A stretch of 64,000 nucleotides of DNA from a virus, in IMG/VR virus record IMGVR_UViG_3300033232_000039, positions 10,277 through 74,276 of that record; one strand, given 5' to 3'. Below are positions 24,467 to 36,093 of this stretch, one piece after another. The notes beneath the pieces were generated by a model. That model was given only the letters and a program-made list of their open reading frames with translations. It had not been told where the DNA came from and ran no database searches. Position numbers and translations under genes: made by a program. Each line of letters opens with the position of its first letter. The first letter of the stretch is position 1.

Positions 24467-26066
24467 TCATATTGCTGAAACTCAGGCTCCGTGGAAAGTA
24501 GAAGACTACCTTAACTGTACAAATTACAAACTAGATAACACGTATGTTCCTAGTGACTTTGCATTAGAGTTTGTAACTTTTATTAAGTTGGTTAATGGTG
24601 AGCAGGGCGAAGAACACAAGACACCTTTAGTTCATTATCAAATGCTGGATACCATTACTGATAATGGTAAACGGGTAATTAACCTATGTCATCGAGGTAT
24701 TGCCAAGACAACTTTGATGGGTGAGTATCTATTTTTGTATATTGCCACGTATGGCAGCATTCCTGGCTTTGGTAAGATTTCTCTGGCTTTGTATGTTTCT
24801 GATTCGATTGAGAATGGGGTCAAGAACATGCGTAAGAACTTGGAGTTTCGTTACGATAACTCAGACTTTCTGAAAAAGTACATACCTGATATCCGGTTTA
24901 CTGATATTCGCTGGGAGTTCAAGAATGCTGATGGCAACGTTTTCATTGTTAAAGGTTACGGGGCCAAAACGGGGGTTCGTGGTGCCAAAGAACTGGGAAC
25001 CCGGCCTCAGTTGGCCGTCCTTGATGACTTGATCTCGGATGAGGATGCCCGGTCAGCTACTGTGATCAGTGCTGTGGAAGACACTGTTTACAAAGCAGTA
25101 ACCTATGCGCTACACCCGACAAAGAACATGATCATTTGGTCAGGCACGCCTTTCAATGCAAAAGATCCTTTGTACAAAGGGGTTGAGTCCGGTGCCTGGG
25201 AAGTCAATGTATTTCCTGTTTGTGAGCAATTTCCTTGCACACGAGAAGAATTCAAAGGCAGTTGGCCGGATCGTTTTACATATGACTACGTTAAAGAACA
25301 GTATGACTCAGCTATCAAGCTGGGTAAGGTAGATACGTTTAACCAGGAGCTTATGTTACGTATTATGAGTGAAGAAGATCGAATGATTCAGGATAGTGAT
25401 ATTGGTTGGTACAAGCTTGATGCAGTAATGAAGAATAAAGGTAGGTTCAACTTTTATATCACATCTGACTTCGCAACCAGTGAGAAACAGAAGTCTGACT
25501 TCTCAGTAATCAGTGTATGGGCATACAACAATGTGGGTGATTGGTTATGGGTAGATGGTATCTGTAAGCGTCAGTTAATGGACGCTAATGTGAATGATTT
25601 ATTCAGGTTAGCCCAACAATATAAACCACAGTCTGTTGGTATTGAGGTTAATGGACAACAGGGTGGATTCATACAATGGATTCAAGGTGAAATGATGACT
25701 CGTAACATTTACTTCCCATTGGCTTCAGAAGGTAATGATACAAGGCCCGGTATTAGAACCAATACCAATAAATTAGTTAAGTTCAATACAATAGTTCCTT
25801 GGTTTAAAGCACGGAAGATATTCTTTCCTATTGAACGAAAAATGGAAGCTACTTTACAAGAAGGCTTAAATGAACTAAGTTTGGTATCTGTTTCTGGTTT
25901 CAGAAGCAAACATGATGACTTTATTGATACTATTTCTATGCTCTCTTCCCTGGTTCCTTGGAAACCTTCAGAAGAAGCACCAATGAAAGAATCAGATAAT
26001 GGTGGTATGTGGGAAATGGATGTTGAAGATAACACCATTGACCGTATAGGTTCGTATATTGTTTAA
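24441..26066 (+). CDS. terL: Terminase large subunit (N4 gp68-like)
   Basis: CHRGIAKTT Walker A, AVLDD Walker B, nuclease SDFATS...DFS and HDDFID; start uncertain (24390/24441/24459). Confidence 0.93.
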   Translation: MAEIFHVVDHIAETQAPWKVEDYLNCTNYKLDNTYVPSDFALEFVTFIKLVNGEQGEEHKTPLVHYQMLDTITDNGKRVINLCHRGIAKTTLMGEYLFLYIATYGSIPGFGKISLALYVSDSIENGVKNMRKNLEFRYDNSDFLKKYIPDIRFTDIRWEFKNADGNVFIVKGYGAKTGVRGAKELGTRPQLAVLDDLISDEDARSATVISAVEDTVYKAVTYALHPTKNMIIWSGTPFNAKDPLYKGVESGAWEVNVFPVCEQFPCTREEFKGSWPDRFTYDYVKEQYDSAIKLGKVDTFNQELMLRIMSEEDRMIQDSDIGWYKLDAVMKNKGRFNFYITSDFATSEKQKSDFSVISVWAYNNVGDWLWVDGICKRQLMDANVNDLFRLAQQYKPQSVGIEVNGQQGGFIQWIQGEMMTRNIYFPLASEGNDTRPGIRTNTNKLVKFNTIVPWFKARKIFFPIERKMEATLQEGLNELSLVSVSGFRSKHDDFIDTISMLSSLVPWKPSEEAPMKESDNGGMWEMDVEDNTIDRIGSYIV

Positions 26067-26075
26067 GGATTACTA

Positions 26076-26795
26076 ATGAAACTATCAGATATATTTACTC
26101 AGTTGGCTTATGGTGAGTTATCTCAAATGGGCGTTGTCAATGAAGAGGGTGATGGTATTTTGCCTACCAAGTATGGTCAATTGGTTGCCCATGTTAATCT
26201 GGGGTTAACTGCACTGTACAAACGCTTTCTGTTGAAGGAAGGTAGGGTGACAATCCAGTTGGTTCCCGGCAGGGCAACCTATCCCCTGGATACCAATGAA
26301 GATACTGTTTTCATTGAGAATGCTGATTCACCTGAATTTCTGGATGATGTATTCAAGATCGAACGTATCTACACGGCTGATGGTGTGGAGTTTGCATTGA
26401 ATGACGAATCAGATCCGTATTCCTGCTTTACGCCCAGTTTGTCAGTGTTGCGTGTACCGTATGCTGTAGCGGATAAGGCAATGGATGTGCCAGAATACCT
26501 GAAGACAGATACATTGCATGTGGTTTATCGGAGTAATCATCCTAATATCCTATACACAGGTGCCAGTTTTAATCCTAAACGCATTGACATCCTATTGCCG
26601 GTGAGTCATTTGGAACCTTTATTGTTGTATGTGGCTAGTCGCATGAATAATCCTGTTGGTATGACTAACGAATTCCATGCAGGTAATAGTTATGCAGCCA
26701 AATATGAGAAAGCATGTGAACACTTGGAGTTGCACAATATCCGCGTGGATCAGGGACGGCAGAATAGTCGTTTGGAAGCAAACGGTTGGGTTTAA
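26076..26795 (+). CDS. Virion structural protein (N4 gp67-like adaptor)
   Basis: 239 aa after TerL; NLGLTALYKRF and EPLLLYVASR patterns; synteny. Confidence 0.75.
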   Translation: MKLSDIFTQLAYGELSQMGVVNEEGDGILPTKYGQLVAHVNLGLTALYKRFLLKEGRVTIQLVPGRATYPLDTNEDTVFIENADSPEFLDDVFKIERIYTADGVEFALNDESDPYSCFTPSLSVLRVPYAVADKAMDVPEYLKTDTLHVVYRSNHPNILYTGASFNPKRIDILLPVSHLEPLLLYVASRMNNPVGMTNEFHAGNSYAAKYEKACEHLELHNIRVDQGRQNSRLEANGWV

Positions 26796-26825
26796 AAAAA
26801 GGCTCCTTATGGAGCCTTTCATTTA
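26794..26825. terminator. Bidirectional terminator between convergent genes
   Basis: AAAGGCTCC-ttat-GGAGCCTTT. Confidence 0.75.
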
Positions 26826-27242
26826 TTTACCAGATGATCCAAAACCATCAGACCCTCTTACCGTACTATCCAAAGCACTTACTAATGTCAAATATACATT
26901 AGCTACAGGTACAATAAGAAACTGAAGCAAACGATCCCCCTCTTTCCAATAAAGAGGTATATCGCTCTTAACTCTCAAGGCAGCTTTCCATTCACCCCGA
27001 TAATCTGAATCAATTACTCCACAGGTATTATTTAATTCAAGTCCATATTTAGCACCTGTACTGGAGCGTGGTAATAGTAATGCTACATGCCCAGTAGGTA
27101 CTGCAGCCGCGAAACCAAGTCCTATTAATTGACTGGTATTATTAGCACAACCAGCAATTGGCATATAAATATCAAATGCTCCTGAAAATTCAGAACCTTT
27201 TGTTGGCATAATGAAGCTTGTATGAATGGGTGTAATTTGCAT
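26823..27242 (-). CDS. dut: Trimeric dUTPase
   Basis: GAFDI, PRSSTG, GVIDSDYRGE, LLQF, RGSDGFGSSG motifs. Confidence 0.93.
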   Translation of the reverse strand: MQITPIHTSFIMPTKGSEFSGAFDIYMPIAGCANNTSQLIGLGFAAAVPTGHVALLLPRSSTGAKYGLELNNTCGVIDSDYRGEWKAALRVKSDIPLYWKEGDRLLQFLIVPVANVYLTLVSALDSTVRGSDGFGSSGK

Positions 27243-27295
27243 TTAATTTCCTTTTGGTGAGATTAATTTTACCTATCTCGGAGAAATAGACATAT

Positions 27296-29470
27296 ATGAT
27301 TGAAAAAACTGAAGCAAGCTTCTTGGATAGTACTACGGAAAGTACGCCACTTACTAATTGGAAGAAGGCCCCGACACTCCGTGAACTGAAGCAGGATCTA
27401 GAAGATGCCAAGCCAACACATGATAACCAAGTTATCAAGATTAATGAGTGGCTTGATAATCTTAATATAACCGGCAAAGCTAGGATAACTACTGCTAAAG
27501 GCAGTTCTAGTATTGTTCCTAAGTTAATTAGGAAACAAGCTGAATGGCGTTATGCTGCATTAAGTGAACCTTTTCTAAGTACAGATGATGTCTTCAATGT
27601 ACGTCCTGTAACATTTGAAGATCGGGATGCAGCCAAGCAAAACGAGTTATTGCTTAACTACCAGCTAAATACCCAGCTTGATAAAACACGCTTTATTGAT
27701 GAATTCGTGCGTACTGCGGTAGATGAAGGTACCGTCATTGTCAGAGTAGGCTGGGATTTTAAAGAAGAAGAATATACGGATACTTTTCCTGTGATTGAGT
27801 ATAGGGTTAATCCCGAAATGGCAGCATTGCACCAAGAACTTGCCCAGTTGAAGGAAGAATCTCCTAGCCAGTATGCTACAGATGTTCCTGAAGAACTAAA
27901 GATGGCACACGAACTGACCATTGAGAATGAGCAACCTATTGAGCCGGTAGTAATAGGTGAGCAGGAAGAAACGCGCACCCGTACCTTAAAGAATGTACCT
28001 ACACTAGAAGTATGTAATTACCGGAATGTGGTAATTGATCCTACGTGTATGGGTGATATCTCCAAAGCCAGCTTTGTTATCTATAGTTTTGAGACTTCAC
28101 TATCTGAACTTAAAAAAGATGGAAAGAAATATCAAAACCTAGATACTATCAATATAGAAGCCAACTCTATTCTTGCCCAGCCTGACAGTACCACCCCAAG
28201 TACCGGAGGTACTTTCAATTTTAGTGATAAATCACGCAAAAAATTTATAGCTTATGAATATTGGGGTTTCAGAGATATTGATGGTTCTGGTTTAGTAAAG
28301 TCTATTGTGGCGACTTGGGTAGGCGATACGTTGATTCGTATGGAAGAGAATCCTTTTCCAGATAAGGCTTTGCCTTTCATCTTGGAACAGTACCTACCTG
28401 TGCGTAAAAGTAACTATGGTGAGCCTGATGGTGCACTGTTGGAAGATAACCAGCGCATTATTGGTGCGGTAAGTCGAGGCATGATTGACATCATGGGTAA
28501 GTCTGCTAATGGGCAGACAGGTGTACGCAAAGATATGCTGGACACCACGAACCGTCGTAAGTTCGACAAAGGCCAAGACTACGAATACAACGCCAACATA
28601 GACCCCAGGCAAGGGGTATTCATGCATGTTTATCCTGAAATTCCCAATTCAGCCCAGTTTATGCTTCAGTTACAGAATATGGAAGCTGAGTCATTGACTG
28701 GTGTGCAATCTTGGTCACAAGGTGTATCCGGGGCTACTTTAGGCGATGTAGCTACAGGTGTACGTGGTGCACTGGATGCTGCATCCAAACGTGAGCTTGG
28801 AATTCTTCGGCGCTTGAGTAGCGCCATGATTAAGATCGGACGTAAATTTGTCAGTATGAATGCTGAGTTTCTATCTGATGAAGAGGTTGTTCGGGTGACT
28901 AATGAAGATTTTGTAAAAATTCGGCGGGATGACCTTGCAGGCAATTTTGATTTGAAGCTGTCTATCTCTACTGCAGAAGAAGATGACAATAAGGCACAGC
29001 AATTGGCGTTCTTGTTGCAAACTGTTGGCCCTAATACTGATCCAGAATTAGCCAAGATGATTCTGGCAGATATAGCCGTATTACGGAAGATGCCCGATTT
29101 AGCTAAAAAGATTGAATCTTTTGAACCAACGCCAGATCCTATTGCCCAAAAGAAAGCTGAATTGGAAATTCAGTTACTTCAAGCACAATTGGAAAATGAA
29201 CTGGCACAAGCAGCACAACGTAATGCACAAGCGCAATTGGATAGTGCACGTATTGGTACAGAAGGGGCTAAACAAACTAATTTGCAATCTAAATCTGATT
29301 TGCAGAATCTTGATTTTGTGGAACAAGAATCGGGTGTTAAACAAGAACGAGATTTACAACGGGTAGGTGAGCAAGCTAAAAGCCAAGGTAAATTAAAGAT
29401 GTTGGATCGTGAATATCAGAAGGCAGATCAACGCCATGAGCTATTAAAGGAGTATATTAAAAGTAATTAA
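27296..29470 (+). CDS. Portal protein (N4 gp59-like)
   Basis: 724 aa; IVPKLIRKQAEWRYAALSEPFLS, RTAVDEGT; position before gp58/57/MCP. Confidence 0.9.
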   Translation: MIEKTEASFLDSTTESTPLTNWKKAPTLRELKQDLEDAKPTHDNQVIKINEWLDNLNITGKARITTAKGSSSIVPKLIRKQAEWRYAALSEPFLSTDDVFNVRPVTFEDRDAAKQNELLLNYQLNTQLDKTRFIDEFVRTAVDEGTVIVRVGWDFKEEEYTDTFPVIEYRVNPEMAALHQELAQLKEESPSQYATDVPEELKMAHELTIENEQPIEPVVIGEQEETRTRTLKNVPTLEVCNYRNVVIDPTCMGDISKASFVIYSFETSLSELKKDGKKYQNLDTINIEANSILAQPDSTTPSTGGTFNFSDKSRKKFIAYEYWGFRDIDGSGLVKSIVATWVGDTLIRMEENPFPDKALPFILEQYLPVRKSNYGEPDGALLEDNQRIIGAVSRGMIDIMGKSANGQTGVRKDMLDTTNRRKFDKGQDYEYNANIDPRQGVFMHVYPEIPNSAQFMLQLQNMEAESLTGVQSWSQGVSGATLGDVATGVRGALDAASKRELGILRRLSSAMIKIGRKFVSMNAEFLSDEEVVRVTNEDFVKIRRDDLAGNFDLKLSISTAEEDDNKAQQLAFLLQTVGPNTDPELAKMILADIAVLRKMPDLAKKIESFEPTPDPIAQKKAELEIQLLQAQLENELAQAAQRNAQAQLDSARIGTEGAKQTNLQSKSDLQNLDFVEQESGVKQERDLQRVGEQAKSQGKLKMLDREYQKADQRHELLKEYIKSN

Positions 29471-29549
29471 CTGATATTGCGGTATAGTATCGAAATATTA
29501 CACAATTAAGTAATAGAATCTATTAACTGATGAAAGCACTGGTAGAAAC

Positions 29550-29897
29550 ATGACAATTAACCCGGTTAAAGCAATTGAACAGAATATTAAACAAGCCAAG
29601 TTGCTTGTTGATATGGGAACTTCTATGGCACGTCTGCGTAATAATGCAGATTTTAAAAAAGTAATCATGAATGGTTATTTTGAACAGGAAGCAATTCGAT
29701 TGGTTCATTTGAAAGCAGATATTAGTATGCAATCTGCTGATTGTCAGAAATCTATTGGTGTACAGATGGATGCAATTGGTTCATTTAGTCAGTATCTTAA
29801 TACTGTGCAGTACAAAGCTGATCTAGCAAGTAAAGCTATTAGTGCAGACGAAGAAACTCGAGATGAAATCCTGGCAGAGGAACTGAACAATGACTGA
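29550..29897 (+). CDS. N4 gp58-like protein
   Basis: 115 aa; FKKVIMNGYFEQEAIRLV; synteny. Confidence 0.65.
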   Translation: MTINPVKAIEQNIKQAKLLVDMGTSMARLRNNADFKKVIMNGYFEQEAIRLVHLKADISMQSADCQKSIGVQMDAIGSFSQYLNTVQYKADLASKAISADEETRDEILAEELNND

Positions 29898-31029
29898 TGA
29901 ACTGAATAAAGAAGAAGCACAGCCAGAATACCTTGGTATGTCTGATGCAGACCTGATGGCTGCACCAATGCCTGATTTTGACAAAACAGAGCCTGAAGCC
30001 GTTACTGTAGTTGTACCAGTAGAACCAGACGTGGATATACCTGCTGAGGTGAGCGAAGACGCTGATGAAGACACCGGCACGGTGTCTGAAGAAGCAGTCG
30101 AGAACACCGAAAGCGAGGAAGTATCCGAAGTAGCACAACCAGAAAATAAAGCAGAGGCTACTAAGGAAGTAGAAGAAGTCAAAGAAGAAATCCCTGCAAT
30201 TGATTATGAAGCAGAGTACCAACGAATTTTGGCCCCCTTCAAAGCCAATGGTAAGGATATTACAGTCACTTCAGTAGATGATGCCATTGCATTGATGCAG
30301 ATGGGTGCCAATTACAACAAGAAGATGGCTGGTTTGAAACCAAATTTGAAACTTATGAAGCTATTGGAAAACAATGGCTTGCTGAGTGAAAGCAAGATTA
30401 GCTTCTTGATTGAACTGGAAAAGAAAAATCCAGACGCAATCAATAAGCTGGTAAAGGACAGCGGAATAAATCCTATGGATTTTGACGCTGAAAAAGCTGG
30501 CGAGTATGAACCGAAAATTCACACTATTGATGATAAAGAAATGGAATTGGATGCGGTGCTTGATGATATTCAAGGCACACCAACATACAACCGAACTCTT
30601 GAAATTGTTAGTAAGTCGTGGGACGGTGCAAGTAAACAAGCAATTGCTGGATCACCTCAACTGTTGAAAGTTATTAATGACCATGTACAAAATGGTATTT
30701 ATGACTTGATCAGTAAAGAAGTTGAAAGTGAGCGCGTGTTTGGCCGCTTGAATGGTATGTCGGATATTGAAGCCTATCGTAAAGTGGGTGATGCAATTCA
30801 AGCTAAGGGCGGTTTTAATCATTTGGGTAGCTCCCAAGCAAAAACCCCAACAGCGCCTGTAGTTGTGACACCGAAACCGAAAAAGGTCAATGACGCTGTA
30901 CTGAATGAGAAAAGGCGAGCTGCAAGCTCCACAAAACCTGTTGTTTCTAGTCCACTGGCTAAGGACTTTAACCCCTTGGCTTTATCGGATGAAGAATTCA
31001 GCAAGTTATCTGATAGTAGGTTCCGTTAA
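29890..31029 (+). CDS. N4 gp57-like protein (acidic N-terminus; probable scaffold)
   Basis: 379 aa; E/D-rich first third, [14 protein letters not shown]; precedes MCP. Confidence 0.75.
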   Translation: MTDELNKEEAQPEYLGMSDADLMAAPMPDFDKTEPEAVTVVVPVEPDVDIPAEVSEDADEDTGTVSEEAVENTESEEVSEVAQPENKAEATKEVEEVKEEIPAIDYEAEYQRILAPFKANGKDITVTSVDDAIALMQMGANYNKKMAGLKPNLKLMKLLENNGLLSESKISFLIELEKKNPDAINKLVKDSGINPMDFDAEKAGEYEPKIHTIDDKEMELDAVLDDIQGTPTYNRTLEIVSKSWDGASKQAIAGSPQLLKVINDHVQNGIYDLISKEVESERVFGRLNGMSDIEAYRKVGDAIQAKGGFNHLGSSQAKTPTAPVVVTPKPKKVNDAVLNEKRRAASSTKPVVSSPLAKDFNPLALSDEEFSKLSDSRFR

Positions 31030-31049
31030 TAAACGTAAAGGATACTCAA

Positions 31050-32213
31050 ATGCAATTCAATGCCCCCCCGGTTACCCCTTCCAGCGTTGGCCCTCAAGCG
31101 GTCAATGAGTACTTTCAAAAGAAAGCCCTGATTGAGGCTGCGAAAGAGCAGTACTTCAGCCAACTGGCTGATGTGACCTCGATGCCCAAAAACATGGGTA
31201 AAAAAATCAAGCGATTCCACTATCTGCCTCTGCTTGATGATGCAAATATCAACGATCAAGGTATTGATGCTTCTGGCGCTACCATTACGGATGGTAATCT
31301 GTATGGTTCGTCTAAGGACATTGGTACCATCAGCGGTAAGCTGCCTACCCTGTCTGAGGCAGGTGGCCGTGTTAATCGTGTTGGTTTCAAGCGTAAAGAG
31401 ATCGAAGGTACGCTGGAGAAGTTTGGCTTCTTTGATGAGTACACCCAAGAGTCTCTGGACTTTGACTCGGATGCCGAGCTGTCACAGCATATCAACCGTG
31501 AGATGGTCATGGGTGCTAATGAGATGACTGAAGATGCTCTTCAAATTGACCTGATTAACGCTGCTGGCGTGATCAAGTATGCTGGTGATGCTACAACCAA
31601 TGGCACTCTTGGTTCTGCTGATCTGGTGAGCTACGGTGATCTGATGCGCCTGTCTATTGATCTGGACAACAATCGCACCCCCAAGCATACGACTGTGATC
31701 AGTGGTTCACGCATGGTTGATACCCGTACCATCCCTGCTGCTCGTGTTGCGTATATTGGCTCTGAACTGCTGCCTACTTTCCGTGCTATGAAAGATTTGC
31801 ATAACAATGCTGCTTTCATTCCCGTGGAAAAGTACGCAGCTGCTGGTACGGTTCTAACTGGTGAAGCAGGTTCGGTTGATGCCTTCCGCATCGTGGTTGT
31901 GCCTGAGATGATGAAGTGGGCAGGTGGTGGTGCTACTGTTGAGCTGGGTGATACCGCTAACTATGACAATGGTACGAACTATGACGTGTTCCCGATTCTG
32001 GTTGTAGGTAATGAATCGTTCACTACTATTGGTTTCCAAACCGATGGTAAAACCGTGAAGTTCAAGATTACCCACAAGGCACCTGGTGAAGCCACTGCAG
32101 ATCGTAATGATCCTTATGGTGAGACAGGCTTTATGTCGATCAAGTGGTACTACGGCTTTATGGCCCTGCGTCCTGAGCGTATTGCTCTGATCAAGACTGT
32201 TGCGCGTCTGTAA
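31050..32213 (+). CDS. Major capsid protein (N4 gp56-like)
   Basis: 387 aa; [42 protein letters not shown]; followed by a strong terminator. Confidence 0.92.
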   Translation: MQFNAPPVTPSSVGPQAVNEYFQKKALIEAAKEQYFSQLADVTSMPKNMGKKIKRFHYLPLLDDANINDQGIDASGATITDGNLYGSSKDIGTISGKLPTLSEAGGRVNRVGFKRKEIEGTLEKFGFFDEYTQESLDFDSDAELSQHINREMVMGANEMTEDALQIDLINAAGVIKYAGDATTNGTLGSADLVSYGDLMRLSIDLDNNRTPKHTTVISGSRMVDTRTIPAARVAYIGSELLPTFRAMKDLHNNAAFIPVEKYAAAGTVLTGEAGSVDAFRIVVVPEMMKWAGGGATVELGDTANYDNGTNYDVFPILVVGNESFTTIGFQTDGKTVKFKITHKAPGEATADRNDPYGETGFMSIKWYYGFMALRPERIALIKTVARL

Positions 32214-32220
32214 GTAAATG

Positions 32221-32254
32221 AGGGGGATAGGGTCAAGCCTATCCCCTTCTTTTC
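32221..32254 (+). terminator. Intrinsic terminator after MCP
   Basis: GGGGATAGG-gtcaag-CCTATCCCC then T-run. Confidence 0.8.
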
Positions 32255-32276
32255 ATAAAAATTCAAGGAAATAGTA

Positions 32277-32843
32277 ATGACTGAGATTGATAATGATGAT
32301 GTTCTGGTTCAAGACGAGCTTTCTACTTTGAAGGCACGAGCTGACTTGCTGAATATTAGCTATCACCCGAGTATTGGCTTGGAAAAGCTACGTGACAAGA
32401 TTGCTGTAGCTACGTCAGATACAGCCAAAGCTGTATCCCAGGATACAAAAATGACTGAAGCTGTCAAAGAGACAGAATCAGAACGGCGTTTCCGACGCAA
32501 GCGGGAAGCTAATGCATTGGTTCGTATTCGTTTGAGTTGTATGAACCCAGCCAAGGCTGAATGGGATGGTGAAATCTTTACTACAGGCAATGCTCTTGTT
32601 GGTTCAATCAAGAAATATGTACCATTTAACGCAGAAGATGGGTGGCACGTACCACAAATCATCTATGAACAAATTATTCAGCGGCAATGCCAAATCTTTT
32701 ATGCTGCCCGGGATGTGCGGGGTAATGCAGTTCGTAAAGGTAAGCTGATCAAAGAATTTGCAGTTGAAGTACTTCCCCCTTTAACTGTTGATGAACTCAA
32801 AGAGTTGGCATTGCGCCAAGCTGCTACCAAAGCCATTGACTAA
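32277..32843 (+). CDS. N4 gp55-like protein
   Basis: 188 aa; LKARADLLNISYHPSIG, VRIRLSCMNP; synteny. Confidence 0.7.
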   Translation: MTEIDNDDVLVQDELSTLKARADLLNISYHPSIGLEKLRDKIAVATSDTAKAVSQDTKMTEAVKETESERRFRRKREANALVRIRLSCMNPAKAEWDGEIFTTGNALVGSIKKYVPFNAEDGWHVPQIIYEQIIQRQCQIFYAARDVRGNAVRKGKLIKEFAVEVLPPLTVDELKELALRQAATKAID

Positions 32844-32866
32844 TTACTGATTAACCTGGATAAACC

Positions 32867-33634
32867 ATGACTATTCTTACCATACCCGACCTTACTGAAG
32901 CCTCACTCACAGGTGAAGGGGTATTTGATGTTCTCATGCGTGCTAACAAAGCACACCTTGAGGCTGAATTTACCAAAGGCCGAATCAAGGGTTCAGAGTA
33001 TGCTACGGTTTATCTGGGTTCATTGGAGTCTGTTTTGCAGAACTCCATGTCTTTCCTGATTCAACGTGAACGTGTAGGTCTTGAAGCAGAGTTGCTGAAA
33101 CAACAAATTATTCTGGCTGAAATTGGAGTTCTCAAGGCCAATATTGAGCTTCAGATGATGAATGCCAGTCTTGCCAAGATTCCTGCTGAAATTGCCTTGC
33201 TTGAAAAGCAAGCTGAATTAACCAGTCAGCAAAAAGATAACCTTGTACTTACTGCCCTGAACATTCCTAAAGAAGGTTTAGTTTTGGATGGTCAGAAGTG
33301 TAAACTGGATGCTGAGTTTGATCTCTTGCAGAGTGAGAAACTCAAGTCTATCTCCGAGACTGCATTGCTAACTCAAAAGGGTGCTACTGAGCGTGCACAA
33401 ACTACTGCACTGGGTGTTGATGAAGATAGTGTAATTGGTAAACAGAAGTCTTTGTATGGTGCACAAACTGCTGGTTTTGCTCGTGATGCAGAACAGAAAG
33501 CAGCCAAACTACTTGCTGATACCTGGAGTGTGCGACGTACTACAGATGAAGGCACGGGTGCTAATGACGCTGGTTTGGGGGATGCTTCCATTGCAGCAGT
33601 TATCAGCAAGCTTCGTACAGGAATCGGTGCTTAA
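32867..33634 (+). CDS. N4 gp54-like structural protein
   Basis: 255 aa; GEGVFDVLM, GVIGKQKSLY-like C-terminal motif, FARDAEQKAAK; synteny. Confidence 0.72.
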   Translation: MTILTIPDLTEASLTGEGVFDVLMRANKAHLEAEFTKGRIKGSEYATVYLGSLESVLQNSMSFLIQRERVGLEAELLKQQIILAEIGVLKANIELQMMNASLAKIPAEIALLEKQAELTSQQKDNLVLTALNIPKEGLVLDGQKCKLDAEFDLLQSEKLKSISETALLTQKGATERAQTTALGVDEDSVIGKQKSLYGAQTAGFARDAEQKAAKLLADTWSVRRTTDEGTGANDAGLGDASIAAVISKLRTGIGA

Positions 33635-33655
33635 TATAATTGGCATGATCCTGCT

Positions 33656-33683
33656 AAAAAAGGGAGCCATGCTCCCTTTTTTT
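33656..33683 (+). terminator. Intrinsic terminator
   Basis: AAAAAAGGGAGC-cat-GCTCCCTTTTTT. Confidence 0.75.
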
Positions 33684-33699
33684 ATTTAAGGAGACAGTA

Positions 33700-36084
33700 A
33701 TGGGTTTATTTAGTAGTAAGTACAAGACTACTGTTGGTACAACAGTCTCCAGAACAATCCAAGATAGTACTATTATTTCATCTGTAAAAACAGGGGTAAT
33801 TACTGGACTATTCAGTGATAATTCAGATCAATTGGTGGAAAACATTATTGAAAGTACAATTAATGGTCTTGGTATTAAAGCTGAACGCATGTTCTCTTAT
33901 GCTAAACATAATTACCCATATGGATTACCGAGTGCTAAAGTGTCCACCACGGCTGATGGAAAATCTGTTGTTCTTGGTGTGATAGCGTCTCTGACTAATC
34001 AGAACATAGAAGAAGATTACTATCACTTTGGCCCATTGAACTCTTTACATGCTGGTTGGACAACGCTGTTCAACAGCTTTGGTTATAAATCTAATACTAA
34101 TGAAATTAGTACTTTATCTAACCAGATTGGTTATCCGGTTTATCTAAAAGACATGGTAGTAGTTGTCAAGGAAGATACTTTGACTATACGAGCCAAGGGT
34201 TCTTTAGATCTATGGGGAACAGCGGCAAGGGCAGGATATACGCCAGAACGTAAAACAATATCAAGTAGTGCACTTAAAAGTATGCTACCTACTCCAGTAC
34301 GTGTAGCACCAGATACTATTAATGATTATGTTGAAGTTACTTATGTTTGGGAAGTTCCGACAGTAATAGTAATTACTCCAGAAGTAACTACTGTTGTTAA
34401 TGGTGTATCCAGAATTACGCCTGCACAAACAGTTATCAGGAATGTAATTCATGAAGCCAGCATGAGTATCTTGTTGTCATCTTTCAATGCAGAACAGGAT
34501 TACTTTCATGTAAAGTACATAAACGGGAACCAAGAAGGTTATTGGCTTTATCAATTAGGTGAGGGAACTTACCCGGAGATTGATGTCATATTCAACGTAA
34601 CCCCCATACCAGAAGGCCAATTCTTTCCTGTAGTGTATTTCCGTAATGGTTCTAAATCTATGGCGAGTGATAAGGAGTCTGCAATCTATAAAGCATCCAA
34701 GCGTATGACCAAGATGCTGGGTATTAACTATCTGGACATCATTGATGCTATTCATCAAAATCCAGATATTGCTCAAATTGAGCAAGCCATGATGATGTTT
34801 GCAGTACCGGCAAATACAACAAACCAAATGGAACAACGCTACTTATTTGATTTCTTTAACAAACTGAATATTGCAGCAGGGGGTGTAGGTGTAGATCCTG
34901 GTTGGAACATTAGCAGGATACTACCAACTACAGAAGACTCGATTAACTTTAATACTTTACCTATGCAAATAGCATGGGGATATCTTGAAAATAAAAATAA
35001 AATAAGTAATATTCGTATTGAAATTGCTGATGCTGTATTCAATAAGGCACTTAGCTGTGAAGGTATTTTCAAGCGTAAAAAAGCAGGTGTTATTGCAGCA
35101 GTAGGAGACTATGCCAGTAGTTTTACAAAAGAAACAATAACTGGAAAATATACTACTCAAGAAAGAGTTTATGATAATTCAGGGGAAGATAGTAGCCTTA
35201 TTAATGTAGAACACACATACTCAGTTCCTATGGATGTCTTTATTTATAAACACCAGGTATCTGACGCTGTTTATGAAGAGATTATTGTTTATGACTTGAA
35301 AATGACCTATTACATGTGGGGGGGTTACTCTACAGTAGGCAATGATCTTGATGCCATTCTATTAATTCCTATTGATCATGCTATTACTAAAGAATATAGT
35401 ATTCAAGACAGAGAAGAACTTTTTGCAAGATCACTTCATTATATTTTTAATAGCAGAGTAGTTACTGAAGTTAAGTGGTATCAACAGGGTTGGTTCGCTG
35501 CTTTAATAACAGTTATTGCTGTAGTTATTACTGTTGTATCCTGGGGGGGTGCTTCTGGTATTTCAGCAGCGTTAGTTGCTGCTGTAGCGTCTATTGAAGC
35601 TTTTGTTATGTTTGTTGCTATGGGCTTACTCAATATGCTCATATTCGAGGTATTTAAACTATTTGTAGCAATGATCAGTCCAGAATTGGCTTTTATTATT
35701 GCTATTGTCGCTCTTGCATATGGCGCATACACAGGATTTCAAGCAGGTTCTATCAAGGGTGCACCTTGGGCAAAAGAATTGCTGGCAATATCAACTAATT
35801 TAACTAAAGCTATTCAAGCTAATATAGCTGAGTCTATGACTGGACTCAATAAAGAATATGACGAGTTTAAGTTGCTTGCTGCAAAGAAGTCAAAGTTACT
35901 GGAAGATAATAGTAAACTATTAGAGCAAAATAATTACTTAAGTCCGTTTGAGTTTGTGAAAGAAACCCCCACAGACTTATACAATAGGACTATACACTCC
36001 GGTAATGTTGGAGTTTTAAGTATTAGCGCAATTTCCTCATATGTGGATACCGCCCTCACATTGCCTGAACAGGTTCAATTCTAG
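33700..36084 (+). CDS. N4 gp53-like protein
   Basis: 794 aa; MGLFSSK start; hydrophobic C-terminal block after KWYQQGWF; synteny. Confidence 0.7.
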   Translation: MGLFSSKYKTTVGTTVSRTIQDSTIISSVKTGVITGLFSDNSDQLVENIIESTINGLGIKAERMFSYAKHNYPYGLPSAKVSTTADGKSVVLGVIASLTNQNIEEDYYHFGPLNSLHAGWTTLFNSFGYKSNTNEISTLSNQIGYPVYLKDMVVVVKEDTLTIRAKGSLDLWGTAARAGYTPERKTISSSALKSMLPTPVRVAPDTINDYVEVTYVWEVPTVIVITPEVTTVVNGVSRITPAQTVIRNVIHEASMSILLSSFNAEQDYFHVKYINGNQEGYWLYQLGEGTYPEIDVIFNVTPIPEGQFFPVVYFRNGSKSMASDKESAIYKASKRMTKMLGINYLDIIDAIHQNPDIAQIEQAMMMFAVPANTTNQMEQRYLFDFFNKLNIAAGGVGVDPGWNISRILPTTEDSINFNTLPMQIAWGYLENKNKISNIRIEIADAVFNKALSCEGIFKRKKAGVIAAVGDYASSFTKETITGKYTTQERVYDNSGEDSSLINVEHTYSVPMDVFIYKHQVSDAVYEEIIVYDLKMTYYMWGGYSTVGNDLDAILLIPIDHAITKEYSIQDREELFARSLHYIFNSRVVTEVKWYQQGWFAALITVIAVVITVVSWGGASGISAALVAAVASIEAFVMFVAMGLLNMLIFEVFKLFVAMISPELAFIIAIVALAYGAYTGFQAGSIKGAPWAKELLAISTNLTKAIQANIAESMTGLNKEYDEFKLLAAKKSKLLEDNSKLLEQNNYLSPFEFVKETPTDLYNRTIHSGNVGVLSISAISSYVDTALTLPEQVQF

Positions 36085-36093
36085 GAGAATCAT